A DNA stretch of 64,000 nucleotides from Pseudomonadota bacterium. GTDB taxonomy: Bacteria; Desulfobacterota; Desulfarculia; Desulfarculales; Desulfarculaceae. Below, one piece after another: positions 27,634-37,441 of the stretch. The notes under the pieces were generated by a model. That model was not told the origin of the DNA, made no database searches, and was given only the letters and a program-made list of their open reading frames with translations. The DNA lies in the NCBI GenBank assembly GCA_018896025.1, contig JAHIND010000004.1, positions 66,512 through 130,511 of the forward strand, given 5' to 3'. The translations under genes were made by a program, and so were the position numbers. Numbering within the stretch: the first letter of the stretch is position 1; every line of letters begins with the position of its first letter.

Positions 27634-28683
27634 ATGGACATGAAGCGCGACTACTATGAGGACATCCGTCTGCTGGACAGCGGGCCGCAGGTCTTTTGGC
27701 TGGTGGTGTTGCTGGGAGCCTTGGCCGCCTTTCCTTTGGTGGCCGACTCCTACCAGATCTACACCGTCAACCTGATCGCCATTAACGTCATCGTGGCCCT
27801 GGGGCTAAACCTCCTGGTGGGCTACACCGGCCAGATCAGCCTGGGGCACGCCGGGTTTTTCGCCATCGGCGCCTATTCCACCCTGGCCCTGATGCTTAAC
27901 GCCCACCTGCCCTTTTTCCTGGCCCTGCCCCTGGCCGGCTTCATCAGCGCGGCCTTCGGCTTTCTGCTGGGCCTGCCCGCGCTCCGGCTGGAGGGCCCCT
28001 ACCTGGCCATCGCCACCCTGGGCTTCGGCCTGACCATCACCCAGATTCTGGGCCGCCTGGACGTGTTCGGCGGGCACATGGGCCTGCAGGCCCCGCCCCT
28101 GGAGCTGTTCGGGCTCAAGGTGGCCAGCGACGCCGGGCGCTATGCAGTGATAATGCCCATCTGCGTGATCCTGACCTGGGGGCTGCGCAACCTCACCAAG
28201 ACCAGGGTGGGCCGAGCCTTCGTGGCGGTGCGCGACAGCGACATCGCCGCCGAGTGCATCGGGGTGAACCTCACCTATTACAAAACCCTGGCCTTCGCGG
28301 TCAGCGCCTTTTACACCGGCATCGGGGGAGGCCTCATGGCCTTCATCCTGGGCTTCATCAGCCCCCACACCTTCAACGTAATGGTCAGCATCATGTTCCT
28401 GGCCATGGTGGTGGTGGGCGGCCTGGGCTCCATTTTGGGCTCGGTGATGGGCGCGGTGCTCATCACCTGGCTGCAACTGGAGCTGGCCCGCATCGGCGAG
28501 CTACCCCTGGTGGGGCCGGTGCTAACCGAACTGAGCAACCAGGTGTTCACCCTGAGCGGGCTGCCCAACGTGCAGTACGTGGTGTTCGGCCTGATCATGG
28601 TCCTGATAATCATCTTCGAGCCCCTGGGGCTCTACGGCTTCTGGATCCGCACCAAGATCTACTGGCGCACCTGGCCCTTCTAG
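27634..28683 (+). CDS. livM: Branched-chain-amino-acid-type ABC permease (LivM-like)
   Basis: GQISLGHAGF, LRLEGPYLAIATLGF, VVVGGLGS; start ATG 27634 after GGAGG. Confidence 0.9.
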   Translation: MDMKRDYYEDIRLLDSGPQVFWLVVLLGALAAFPLVADSYQIYTVNLIAINVIVALGLNLLVGYTGQISLGHAGFFAIGAYSTLALMLNAHLPFFLALPLAGFISAAFGFLLGLPALRLEGPYLAIATLGFGLTITQILGRLDVFGGHMGLQAPPLELFGLKVASDAGRYAVIMPICVILTWGLRNLTKTRVGRAFVAVRDSDIAAECIGVNLTYYKTLAFAVSAFYTGIGGGLMAFILGFISPHTFNVMVSIMFLAMVVVGGLGSILGSVMGAVLITWLQLELARIGELPLVGPVLTELSNQVFTLSGLPNVQYVVFGLIMVLIIIFEPLGLYGFWIRTKIYWRTWPF

Positions 28684-28713
28684 GGCCCAAAACAAGGGAG
28701 CGGTACTTAAGGG

Positions 28714-29589
28714 ATGCTGGGACAGCTAATCACCAGCGGCATCGCCATCGGGGCCACCTACGCCCTCATGGCCCTGGCCATGGTCATCATCTACAAAACC
28801 AGCGAGGTCCTGAACTTCGCCCAGGGCGACATGGCCATGCTCAGCGCCTTCGTGGCCTACATGTGCCTGAGCACCTACGGCCTGGGCTTCGCCATGTCCT
28901 TCACCCTGGCCCTGGCCTTCGCCTTCGCCCTGGGCGCGTTCCTGGAGTTCGCCTTTTTGCGCCGGGCCAAGGAGCCCAACGTGCTGGGCCTTATCATCAT
29001 CACCCTGGGCCTGGAGATGATGCTCTACGGCCTGGCCTCCTGGCGCTGGGGCAGCGACCAGAAGGACTTCCCCTTCCCGGTGAGCGACTTTGAGGTGCAC
29101 CAGTTGGGTGGGGGCGTGGTGATCAGCGAACTGAACCTGGTCACCCTGGGGGTGGCCTGCGCCCTGATGATTCTGTTGTTCATGTTTTTCCGCTACACCA
29201 AGGTGGGCGTGGCCATGAAGGCCACCCAGCAAAACCAGCAGGCCGCCCGGCTCATGGGCATCAGGGTGGGGCGCATCATGATGCTCACATGGGGAATGAG
29301 CTCGGTAGTGGGGGCCTGCGCCGCCTTCTTGATCGCCACCACCGACACCCTGGACCCCAACCTCATGTGGACCCCGCAGCTCAAGGGCTTTTCCGCCGCG
29401 GTGCTGGGGGGCATGACCTCTTTGGTGGGGGCGGTGTTGGGAGGCTTCATCCTGGGGGTGGTGGAGAACCTTTTCGGCGGCTACGTGTCCGTGGAGTTCA
29501 AAGCGGTGGTGGCCTTCGCGGTCATCGTCCTGATTCTGTGCGTCAAGCCCTCCGGGCTTTTCGCCAAGCACTACGTGCGCAAGGTTTAG
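28714..29589 (+). CDS. livH: ABC permease (LivH-like)
   Basis: LNFAQG, AVLGG; hydrophobic. Confidence 0.9.
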   Translation: MLGQLITSGIAIGATYALMALAMVIIYKTSEVLNFAQGDMAMLSAFVAYMCLSTYGLGFAMSFTLALAFAFALGAFLEFAFLRRAKEPNVLGLIIITLGLEMMLYGLASWRWGSDQKDFPFPVSDFEVHQLGGGVVISELNLVTLGVACALMILLFMFFRYTKVGVAMKATQQNQQAARLMGIRVGRIMMLTWGMSSVVGACAAFLIATTDTLDPNLMWTPQLKGFSAAVLGGMTSLVGAVLGGFILGVVENLFGGYVSVEFKAVVAFAVIVLILCVKPSGLFAKHYVRKV

Positions 29590-29638
29590 GCGGCCCGGAC
29601 CGGCCGCCTCTTATCGGTCTTTTTTGGAGGGAGGGATC

Positions 29639-30838
29639 ATGAAAAAGATACTGTGGCTTATGGTGTTGGTGTTTAGCTTGGCCCTGGCCGGGGCCGCCGT
29701 GGCGGCCGAGGTGCAGGGAGTCACCGACACGTCCATCAAAATCGGCCAGTGGGGGCCCCAGACCGGTCCGGCCGCCCTGTGGGGCGCGGTGGCCCGGGGC
29801 ACCAAGGCGTATTTCGAGCTGATTAATTCCGAGGGCGGCATCAACGGCCGCAAGATAGAGTATTTCCTGCGCGACGACGGCTACAACCCCAACCGCACCA
29901 AGGCCATCGCCAAGGAGCTTTACGAGCAGGAAAAGATCTGGGGATTCGCCTGCGGCGTGGGCACCAGCCCGGGCATGGCGGTGATGCCCTACATCATCAA
30001 GAACAACATCCCCTGGGTGGGCATGGCCACCGGTTCGCCCCACTGGGCCTATCCGCCCAAGAAGACCATCTTCGCGGTGTACCCCCTGTACCCCGACGAG
30101 GCCCAGATTCTCACCGCCTACGCCATCGACACCCTGGGCAAGAAGAAGATCGCCTTTTTCTACCAGAACGACGACTACGGCAAGGGCGGCCTGGTGGGCG
30201 CGGTGCGCGAGCTTAAGAAGCGGGGCATGACCCTGGCCGCCGACGTGCCGGTGGAAGTGGGCGAGACCGACCTGGCCAGCCACGTGCTCAAGATGAAAAA
30301 GGCCGGGGCTGACTGCGTGATCATGTGGGTCTATCCCAAGCACGCGGCCATCGTCCTGGGCACCGCGGCCAAGCTGGGCTACAAGCCCCAGTGGATGGCC
30401 TGCTCCACCCTAAGCGATGTGGCCCTGATGTTCAAGATCACCAAGGGCCTGTGGAACGGCATGATCTTCGGCAACTTCGCCGAGTTGGCCGACAGCAAGG
30501 CCCCCCTGATGGTCAAGTACCACAAGGCCCAGATGAAGTTCGCCCCCAAGGAGCGCTGGGGCGTGTTCTTCTACGCGGGCTTCGGCTTCGTGGAGCCCAT
30601 GGTGGAGGGCATCAAGCGCGCGGGCAAGGATCTGAGCGCGGACAACTTCGTCAAGGCCATGGAGAGCCTCAAGAACTTCCAGGGCATCATGGGCCCCATC
30701 ACCTACAGCGCCGAGCGCCGCCAGGGCATCAAGAAGGTCTTCCTGGCCAAGTGCGTGCCCGCCACCATGGAGGTGCAGGGCAAGAAGATCACCTACGGCA
30801 AGGGCCAGCGCCTCAGCGACTGGATGGGCGTGGAATAA
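29639..30838 (+). CDS. ABC substrate-binding protein (LivK-like, type I)
   Basis: Signal peptide, GVTDTSIKIG, GGINGRKI, DDGYNP; flanked by hairpins at 29588-29609 and ~30853-30880. Confidence 0.9.
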   Translation: MKKILWLMVLVFSLALAGAAVAAEVQGVTDTSIKIGQWGPQTGPAALWGAVARGTKAYFELINSEGGINGRKIEYFLRDDGYNPNRTKAIAKELYEQEKIWGFACGVGTSPGMAVMPYIIKNNIPWVGMATGSPHWAYPPKKTIFAVYPLYPDEAQILTAYAIDTLGKKKIAFFYQNDDYGKGGLVGAVRELKKRGMTLAADVPVEVGETDLASHVLKMKKAGADCVIMWVYPKHAAIVLGTAAKLGYKPQWMACSTLSDVALMFKITKGLWNGMIFGNFAELADSKAPLMVKYHKAQMKFAPKERWGVFFYAGFGFVEPMVEGIKRAGKDLSADNFVKAMESLKNFQGIMGPITYSAERRQGIKKVFLAKCVPATMEVQGKKITYGKGQRLSDWMGVE

Positions 30839-30900
30839 TATCCGTTGAACCTGGGGCGGGGGCCGTCTGGCCTCCGCCCCTCCCAGCAGCCCGGAGCCCC

Positions 30901-31688
30901 ATGGCCATCTTGGAAATACAAGACCTCTCCATGGTCTTCGGCGGCATAACCGCCCTGGACCACGTGTCGCTCAGCCTGGAGGCGGGCAGCATCACCGCTG
31001 TCATTGGCCCCAACGGCGCGGGCAAGACCACCCTGTTCAACTGCATCACCGGCCTGTACAAGCCCACCCGGGGCCAGGTCCGTTTCAAGGGCAAGCGCAT
31101 CAACGGCATGAAGCCCTACAAAATCGCCGCCCTGGGCCTGGGCCGCACCTTTCAGAACATCGAGCTTTTCTCCAAGATGACCACCCTGGACAACCTGCTC
31201 CTGGGGCGGCATTTGCACATGAAAAGCGGCGTCTGGAGCGGCTCCACCTTTTTCCGCCGGGGCAGCCGGGCCTCGGCCGAGGAGATCGCCCACCGCCAAA
31301 AGGTGGAGGAGATCATCGACTTTCTGGACCTGCAGCACGCCCGCAACCGTTTCGTGGGCGGCCTGCCCTACGGCACCCAAAAGGTGGTGGAGCTGGGCCG
31401 AGCCCTGGCCATGGAGCCGGAGGTGCTCCTGCTGGACGAGCCGGTGGCGGGCATGAACATGGAAGAAAAGCAGGATCTGATGATCTGGCTGGGCGACATC
31501 AAGGAAGAGCTGGGCATCACCCTGTTGGTCATCGAGCACGACATGCGTTTGGTCATGGAGATCAGCGACGAGATCATGGTGCTCAACTACGGCGAGCCCA
31601 TTGCGCGCGGCAAGCCCGAACACGTCCAGAACCACCCCGAGGTGCTCAAGGCCTATCTGGGCGAAGAGTCCGCCCTGGAGGTGGCCTG

Positions 31689-31689
<1 letters not shown>
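30901..31689 (+). CDS. livG: ABC ATP-binding protein (LivG-like)
   Basis: GPNGAGKTT, RTFQN, LPYG, LLDEP. Confidence 0.92.
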
Positions 31690-32456
<767 letters not shown>

Positions 32457-32545
32457 GCGGCCGTTGTGCCAGACGCGGCTTTGCTGATGAGATGGGTTTG
32501 TTTGGTGCAGGGTAATCCTAGGAACAGACCTACCCAAAAGGCAGT

Positions 32546-32570
32546 GTAGGGGCGGGGTTTATCCCCGCCC
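32546..32570 (+). repeat. GTAG-type REP-like palindrome
   Basis: GTAG followed by GGGCGGGG-TTTAT-CCCCGCCC, between convergent genes. Confidence 0.6.
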
Positions 32571-32574
32571 TTTC

Positions 32575-33378
32575 TTAATCCAGCCCTTTTAGAAAATCCA
32601 GGAGCAGCGATTTGACCTTAGCCTGAGGGTCTTCCAGCCACAGGTCGTGGGGCGCGTTCTCCAGCACCTCGTAGTCGGCCCCCAGCTGGTCGGCCAGGGT
32701 TTTTTGGGTGCCGGGCGGGAAGAAATAGTCCCGGCCCGCCGCGATCAGCAGGCGGGGCTGCTTGGACTTGCGGCGCTTGAGGCGCATGCCGGGCAGATGC
32801 AGGAACAGGGCCATTTGCAGACAGACCAAAGCCGGTTCCGGCACCAAGTGGGCCAGGTGGTCGGCCACGGCGGCCTCGTCCAGGTCTCGGAAAAACAGGC
32901 GCCGGGCCATGGCCGCATTCTTGATGGCCAGGGGCAGGCCCACCATGGTTTTGAACATCTGGAGGGGATAGCGCAGGAACAGGCACAAAAACCGGAGCCA
33001 GGGCAGTCCTGAGCCCGGCAGAGGGGCCAGGAGCACGCCGGGCAGATCCACGGTCTGCCATATCTTCTGCACCTGGTAGCCGCCCAGGGAGTGGCCCACC
33101 AGCACCGGCCTCCCCAGGGAGGCGGCGGCCCGGCGGCTGAGGTCGGCGTAGTCGTTCACCGAGGTCAACGACGGCAGGTCCCAGCGGTCTTGGCCATGGC
33201 CAGGCTGCTCGATGAGGTTGACCCCGTAGCCCTCGGCGGCCAGGTCCTGGGCCAGACCCTCCCACACCCAGGCCCCGCCCCAAGCGCCGTGGATAAGCAG
33301 CACCTCTCGCCGGGCCGTCTCCGGAGGCGGTCCCAGGCGGGTGAGGGCAGGCCGCATGCTTTCAAATGGACGGGCCAT
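32575..33378 (-). CDS. Alpha/beta hydrolase (lysophospholipase/esterase-like)
   Basis: HGAW, GHG, GHSLGG, APHD. Confidence 0.85.
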   Translation of the reverse strand: MARPFESMRPALTRLGPPPETARREVLLIHGAWGGAWVWEGLAQDLAAEGYGVNLIEQPGHGQDRWDLPSLTSVNDYADLSRRAAASLGRPVLVGHSLGGYQVQKIWQTVDLPGVLLAPLPGSGLPWLRFLCLFLRYPLQMFKTMVGLPLAIKNAAMARRLFFRDLDEAAVADHLAHLVPEPALVCLQMALFLHLPGMRLKRRKSKQPRLLIAAGRDYFFPPGTQKTLADQLGADYEVLENAPHDLWLEDPQAKVKSLLLDFLKGLD

Positions 33379-33418
33379 GGTTCAACCTACCCCAGCAATC
33401 TCCCAATAAGCAATGGGC

Positions 33419-34144
33419 TTATAGGGCGAACCGGATCACTCCGGCCAGGGCCAGGGAAGCGGTCTCTGCCCTGAGGATGGTGTGGGGCAAACGGCAGGAT
33501 ACGAACCCCGCCGCCACGGCCTGGGCCGCCTCCTCGGGAGTGAAGCCGCCCTCCGGGCCGATGAGCGCCCACACCTCGGCCGCGCCGTTCAGGCCGGGCA
33601 GAACCTGGGAAAGGCTGGTGCGCCCCTCGTCTTCGTAGAGCAAGAGCTTGGCCGCCTCGGGCGGGGCGGCGGCCAGCACCTCCGCCAGGGAGGCGGGGGG
33701 TAAAATCTCCGGGGCCCTGGCCGCGCCGCATTGTTTTAGGGCCTGGCCCGCCAGGCGCTGCCAGCGCTCCAGCTTGGCCTTGCCTCCGTCCGCCTTGGGC
33801 ACGGCCCGCCGGGTGAGCACGGGGCGCACCTGGTCCACGGCCAGCTCGGTGAGCTTCACCGCCAACAGATCCATGGCCGGGGCCTTGAGCAGGCCGGGGC
33901 ACAACACCAGGCGCGGGCTGGGCGGGGCGGCCGCCTCCACCGCCTCCACCATCACCGCCCCGCCGCTCTTGTCCAGGCGGGTGAGCACCCCCTGGGCCCG
34001 GCGGCCCTGGCCGTCGATAAGCTCCACCTCGGCGCCCGGCGCCAGGCGCAACACTTTGCGGGCGTGGGCCGCCTCCTCGGCGGGCAAAGCCACCTCGCCC
34101 GCGGCCAGGGCCTGGGGCTCCACCAGAAAGCGCCGAAGGCTCAC
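33419..34144 (-). CDS. rsmE: 16S rRNA (U1498-N3)-methyltransferase
   Basis: HARKVLRL, IGPEGGF, ILRAETA; GTG 34144 overlaps prmA stop. Confidence 0.92.
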   Translation of the reverse strand: MSLRRFLVEPQALAAGEVALPAEEAAHARKVLRLAPGAEVELIDGQGRRAQGVLTRLDKSGGAVMVEAVEAAAPPSPRLVLCPGLLKAPAMDLLAVKLTELAVDQVRPVLTRRAVPKADGGKAKLERWQRLAGQALKQCGAARAPEILPPASLAEVLAAAPPEAAKLLLYEDEGRTSLSQVLPGLNGAAEVWALIGPEGGFTPEEAAQAVAAGFVSCRLPHTILRAETASLALAGVIRFAL

Positions 34145-35043
34145 GCCAGCACCAACGCCGCCCACCCGCCCAGGGAGTCCTGCTCCACCACCTTGAGGCC
34201 CTGGGCGACGAACAGCTCGGTCATCTCTTGGATTTGGTCCACCAGGATGCCGCTGATCACCAGTTCGCCGCCGGAGGCCACGTGCCCGGCCAGGGGCTCG
34301 GCCAGCTCGGTGAGTTCCCTGGCGATCATGTTGGCCAGCACCAGGGGGAATTTCTCCTCGATCTCCTCCAGGGGAGTGGTCCCGGCGGTGACGCCCTGGC
34401 CCAGGTTGTTGCGCTCGGCGTTGGCCATGGTGGCGTTTATGGCCTCGGGGTCGATGTCGATGCCCACCGCCTCCCGCGCCCCGAACAGGAGGGAGGCCAG
34501 GCACAGGATGCCCGAGCCGCAGCCCACGTCCAGCACCCGGGCAGGCAGGCGGCCCCGCTCGGCCAGGCGCTCGATGCGCCGGAGCACCAGTTGGGTGCTC
34601 TGGTGCTGCCCGGTGCCGAAGGCCTGGCCCGGATCGATGATCACCACCATCTGCCCGGCTTCAGGCTTGGCCTTTTCCCAGGGCGGGGCCACGATGAGCC
34701 GCCTGGACACCAGGCGGGGGTGGAAGTAGGCCTTCCAGGCCCCGGCCCAGTCCTCGTCGGGCAGGTCGCAGAAGCTCACCTCCACCGTGCCCTCCTCCGC
34801 CTCGTCGGCCAGGGAGGCAGCGTAGCGCTCCAGCAGGGCCTTTTGGGCGGGTAGCTCGGCGCTGGTCTCCAAGAAGGCCCGCACGGTCACCAGCCCCGGC
34901 GCGCCCAACTCGTCGATGAGCTGCACCCCGTGGCCGGTGATGCTGGTGAGGAAATCCGCCGCAGCCTCGGCCTGGGGGACCGGAGCCCTCAGGCGCACCT
35001 CCTGCCATACGGGGGCAGGGGTGGATTGGTTTGTCTTTTTCAT
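34141..35043 (-). CDS. prmA: Ribosomal protein L11 methyltransferase
   Basis: DWAGAWKAYF, IDPGQAFGTGQH, VLDVGCGSGIL, LVISGIL. Confidence 0.93.
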   Translation of the reverse strand: MKKTNQSTPAPVWQEVRLRAPVPQAEAAADFLTSITGHGVQLIDELGAPGLVTVRAFLETSAELPAQKALLERYAASLADEAEEGTVEVSFCDLPDEDWAGAWKAYFHPRLVSRRLIVAPPWEKAKPEAGQMVVIIDPGQAFGTGQHQSTQLVLRRIERLAERGRLPARVLDVGCGSGILCLASLLFGAREAVGIDIDPEAINATMANAERNNLGQGVTAGTTPLEEIEEKFPLVLANMIARELTELAEPLAGHVASGGELVISGILVDQIQEMTELFVAQGLKVVEQDSLGGWAALVLA

Positions 35044-35132
35044 GAGCCTCCAGATTTGCGCGCCCGGCATGGGCAGGCTAAAATACCTATTTCAAATATT
35101 AAGTTAGGTTACCTTGAAAGGACAAGGCTTCT

Positions 35133-35882
35133 GTGAACAGCGACAAGCTCAAACAACTTTTAGACCAAGTGGCCTCCGGGACCATGGCTCCGGACCAGGC
35201 TATGCAGCGGCTCAAAAAGTTGCCCTACGAAGATCTGGGTTTCGCCAGGGTGGACCACCACCGGGTGCTCCGGCGGGGCTTCCCCGAGGTCATCTTCGGC
35301 CAGGGCAAGACCGCCGAACAGATTACCGCTATTTCCCGCGCCCTGCACGGCCAGGGCGCGGCGGTGCTGGTGACCCGTGTGGACCCGGCCAAGGCCCAGG
35401 CGGTGATGGCCGAATATCCCGAGCTGACCTATCATGCCGATTGCGCCTGCCTCAGCCAATTGGCCTCCGAGCCGCCCCGGCCGGGCAAGGGCACGGTGGT
35501 GGTCATCGCCGCCGGAACCAGCGACCTGCCCGTGGCCCAGGAAGCGGTGCTAACCGCCAGCCTCATGGGCTCCAAGGTGGAAACGGTCTACGACGTGGGG
35601 GTCAGCGGCCTGCACCGCCTGGCCGGCGCGGCGGACGTGCTCATGAACGCCAGCGCCTACGTGGTGGTGGCGGGCATGGAAGGGGCCCTGCCCAGCGTGG
35701 TGGCGGGCCTGGTGGACAAGCCGGTGGTGGCGGTGCCCACCAGCGTGGGCTACGGCACCAGCTTCGGCGGCCTGGCCGCCCTGCTGGGCATGCTCAACTC
35801 CTGCGCGCCGGGCCTCAGCGTGGTCAACATAGACAACGGCTTCGGCGGGGGCTACCTGGCCGGGCTCATCGACCACCTGTAG
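35133..35882 (+). CDS. larB: Nickel pincer cofactor biosynthesis protein LarB (PurE-like)
   Basis: FARVDHHR...[38 protein letters not shown]. Confidence 0.9.
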   Translation: MNSDKLKQLLDQVASGTMAPDQAMQRLKKLPYEDLGFARVDHHRVLRRGFPEVIFGQGKTAEQITAISRALHGQGAAVLVTRVDPAKAQAVMAEYPELTYHADCACLSQLASEPPRPGKGTVVVIAAGTSDLPVAQEAVLTASLMGSKVETVYDVGVSGLHRLAGAADVLMNASAYVVVAGMEGALPSVVAGLVDKPVVAVPTSVGYGTSFGGLAALLGMLNSCAPGLSVVNIDNGFGGGYLAGLIDHL

Positions 35883-35892
35883 GACCCCAGCC

Positions 35893-36342
35893 GTGCGGGG
35901 GATAGTGCAAAGGGTGTCGCGGGCCTCGGTGGAGGTGGCGGGGACCACGGTGGGGGCCATCGGCCCCGGCCTCATGGTGCTGTTGGGAGTCAGCCAGGAC
36001 GACGGTCTCAAAGAGGCCGCCTGGCTGGCCGGCAAAATCGCCGGGCTGCGCATCTTTCCCGATCACGAAGACAAGCTGAACCTCTCGGTCATGGACACCG
36101 GCGGCGAGGTGCTGGTGGTGAGCCAGTTCACCCTGTGGGGCGACTGCGCCAAGGGACGCCGCCCCTCTTTCGTGCGCGCCGCCGGAGGGGAAAAGGCCGA
36201 GCCCTTGTATCTGGCCTTTGTGGAAGAGCTGGGGAAGCTGGGCCTTAGCGTGGCCACCGGCAGCTTCGGGGCCATGATGGAAGTGAGCCTGATCAACTCC
36301 GGTCCGGTGACCTTATTGGTGGACACGGAAAAAGCTTTTTAG
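35893..36342 (+). CDS. dtd: D-aminoacyl-tRNA deacylase
   Basis: MRGIVQRV, VVSQFTL, GRRPSF, NSGPVT. Confidence 0.95.
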   Translation: MRGIVQRVSRASVEVAGTTVGAIGPGLMVLLGVSQDDGLKEAAWLAGKIAGLRIFPDHEDKLNLSVMDTGGEVLVVSQFTLWGDCAKGRRPSFVRAAGGEKAEPLYLAFVEELGKLGLSVATGSFGAMMEVSLINSGPVTLLVDTEKAF

Positions 36343-36351
36343 GAGGCCCCA

Positions 36352-36831
36352 ATGAATCAGGACAAGCCGGACCTGAGCGCCTTCATGCCCGAGGGATGGA
36401 CCGGGAAATACCCCCCCTGCCAGATCCAGGTGAACGCCGAGGGCGAGCTGCAACACGACGGCGCGCCCCTGGTGCACCCCACCATCATCAAGCTCATCTT
36501 CCAGTCGGTGCACCTGGAGGACGGCCACTACATCGTGCGCATGGACAACCAGGCCTGCGAGCTGGAGGTGGCCGACACCTTCTTCGTGGTGAGCCGGGTG
36601 GAGTTCAGCGGCGAGGGGGCCACCTTGACCCTCAACGACGCCGGCAGCGAGCCCCTGGACCCCAAAAGCCTCAGCCTGGGGAACAACGGCATCGTCTATT
36701 GCCGGGTCAAGGGCGGGAGCTTCCCGGCCCGCTTCGGCCGGGCGGCCTACTACCAGCTTGCCGACAAGATCGTGGAAAAAGGCGAGGGCTTCGCGTTGGA
36801 GCTGGGGGAGAAAAGCTGGGCGCTGGGCTAA
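36352..36831 (+). CDS. DUF1285-like protein
   Basis: Motif pattern I..EG.L.H.G.P...R(A)AYYQL recalled for this family. Confidence 0.6.
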   Translation: MNQDKPDLSAFMPEGWTGKYPPCQIQVNAEGELQHDGAPLVHPTIIKLIFQSVHLEDGHYIVRMDNQACELEVADTFFVVSRVEFSGEGATLTLNDAGSEPLDPKSLSLGNNGIVYCRVKGGSFPARFGRAAYYQLADKIVEKGEGFALELGEKSWALG

Positions 36832-36868
36832 CCCGTCCGAACTGGTACGGGCAGGAGGATCCGCGATT

Positions 36869-37339
36869 ATGACCGAAGAACACGAAAAACTCATCGGCAT
36901 CTGCGGCCTTTATTGCGGGGATTGCTCGTACTATCTGGCCGGCAGGCTGGGCGACGAGGAGCAACTGGCGGCGCTTAGCCGTAAAACAGGCCTGCCGGTC
37001 GAGGAAATCCAATGCGACGGCTGCCTGTCGGAGCGGGTCTTTCGGGATTGCCGGGAATGCAGACATGGCTTCCGAACCTGCGCCGCCCAGCGCGAGGTGA
37101 CTTGGTGTTTCCAGTGCGGGGAATTTCCCTGTGACCGCCTGCGCGCCTTTTCAACCGAGCATGTGGTAAACGGGATTTGCCATCACCAGCGAGTTATCGA
37201 GGATCTCACGTACCTCAAGGCCAAGGGCACCGAGGCCTGGGTGGCCGCCCAAGAGCACCGCAGCGACTGCCCCGCCTGCGGCAGGCCCGGCTATTGGTTC
37301 AGCACAGAGTGCCCGGCCTGCGGGGCGCAGATACGCTGA
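36869..37339 (+). CDS. DUF3795 Cys-rich protein
   Basis: CGLYCGDC...CDGC...C.EC...C...CFQCGEFPC; C-terminal CPAC...CPAC. Confidence 0.85.
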   Translation: MTEEHEKLIGICGLYCGDCSYYLAGRLGDEEQLAALSRKTGLPVEEIQCDGCLSERVFRDCRECRHGFRTCAAQREVTWCFQCGEFPCDRLRAFSTEHVVNGICHHQRVIEDLTYLKAKGTEAWVAAQEHRSDCPACGRPGYWFSTECPACGAQIR

Positions 37340-37358
37340 GGCGCTGACACACCACGGC

Positions 37359-37385
37359 AAGGCCCCCGGAGTGGGGCCTTTTCTT
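37359..37385 (+). terminator. Intrinsic terminator
   Basis: AAGGCCCC / GGGGCCTT stem then TTCTT. Confidence 0.7.
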
Positions 37386-37441
37386 CGCACAAGTTGTTGT
37401 GATAATCCGGCCCGTGTGGGCCGAGGTTTTTGGCGCGTCGG

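Noticed and set aside
33419-34504. 361-aa ORF as a single extended RsmE (and similar N-terminal extensions at 7727, 27565, 30325, 56748-58235)
   Set aside because: The extensions overlap bona fide upstream genes; starts were reassigned using RBS and stop/start overlap evidence.
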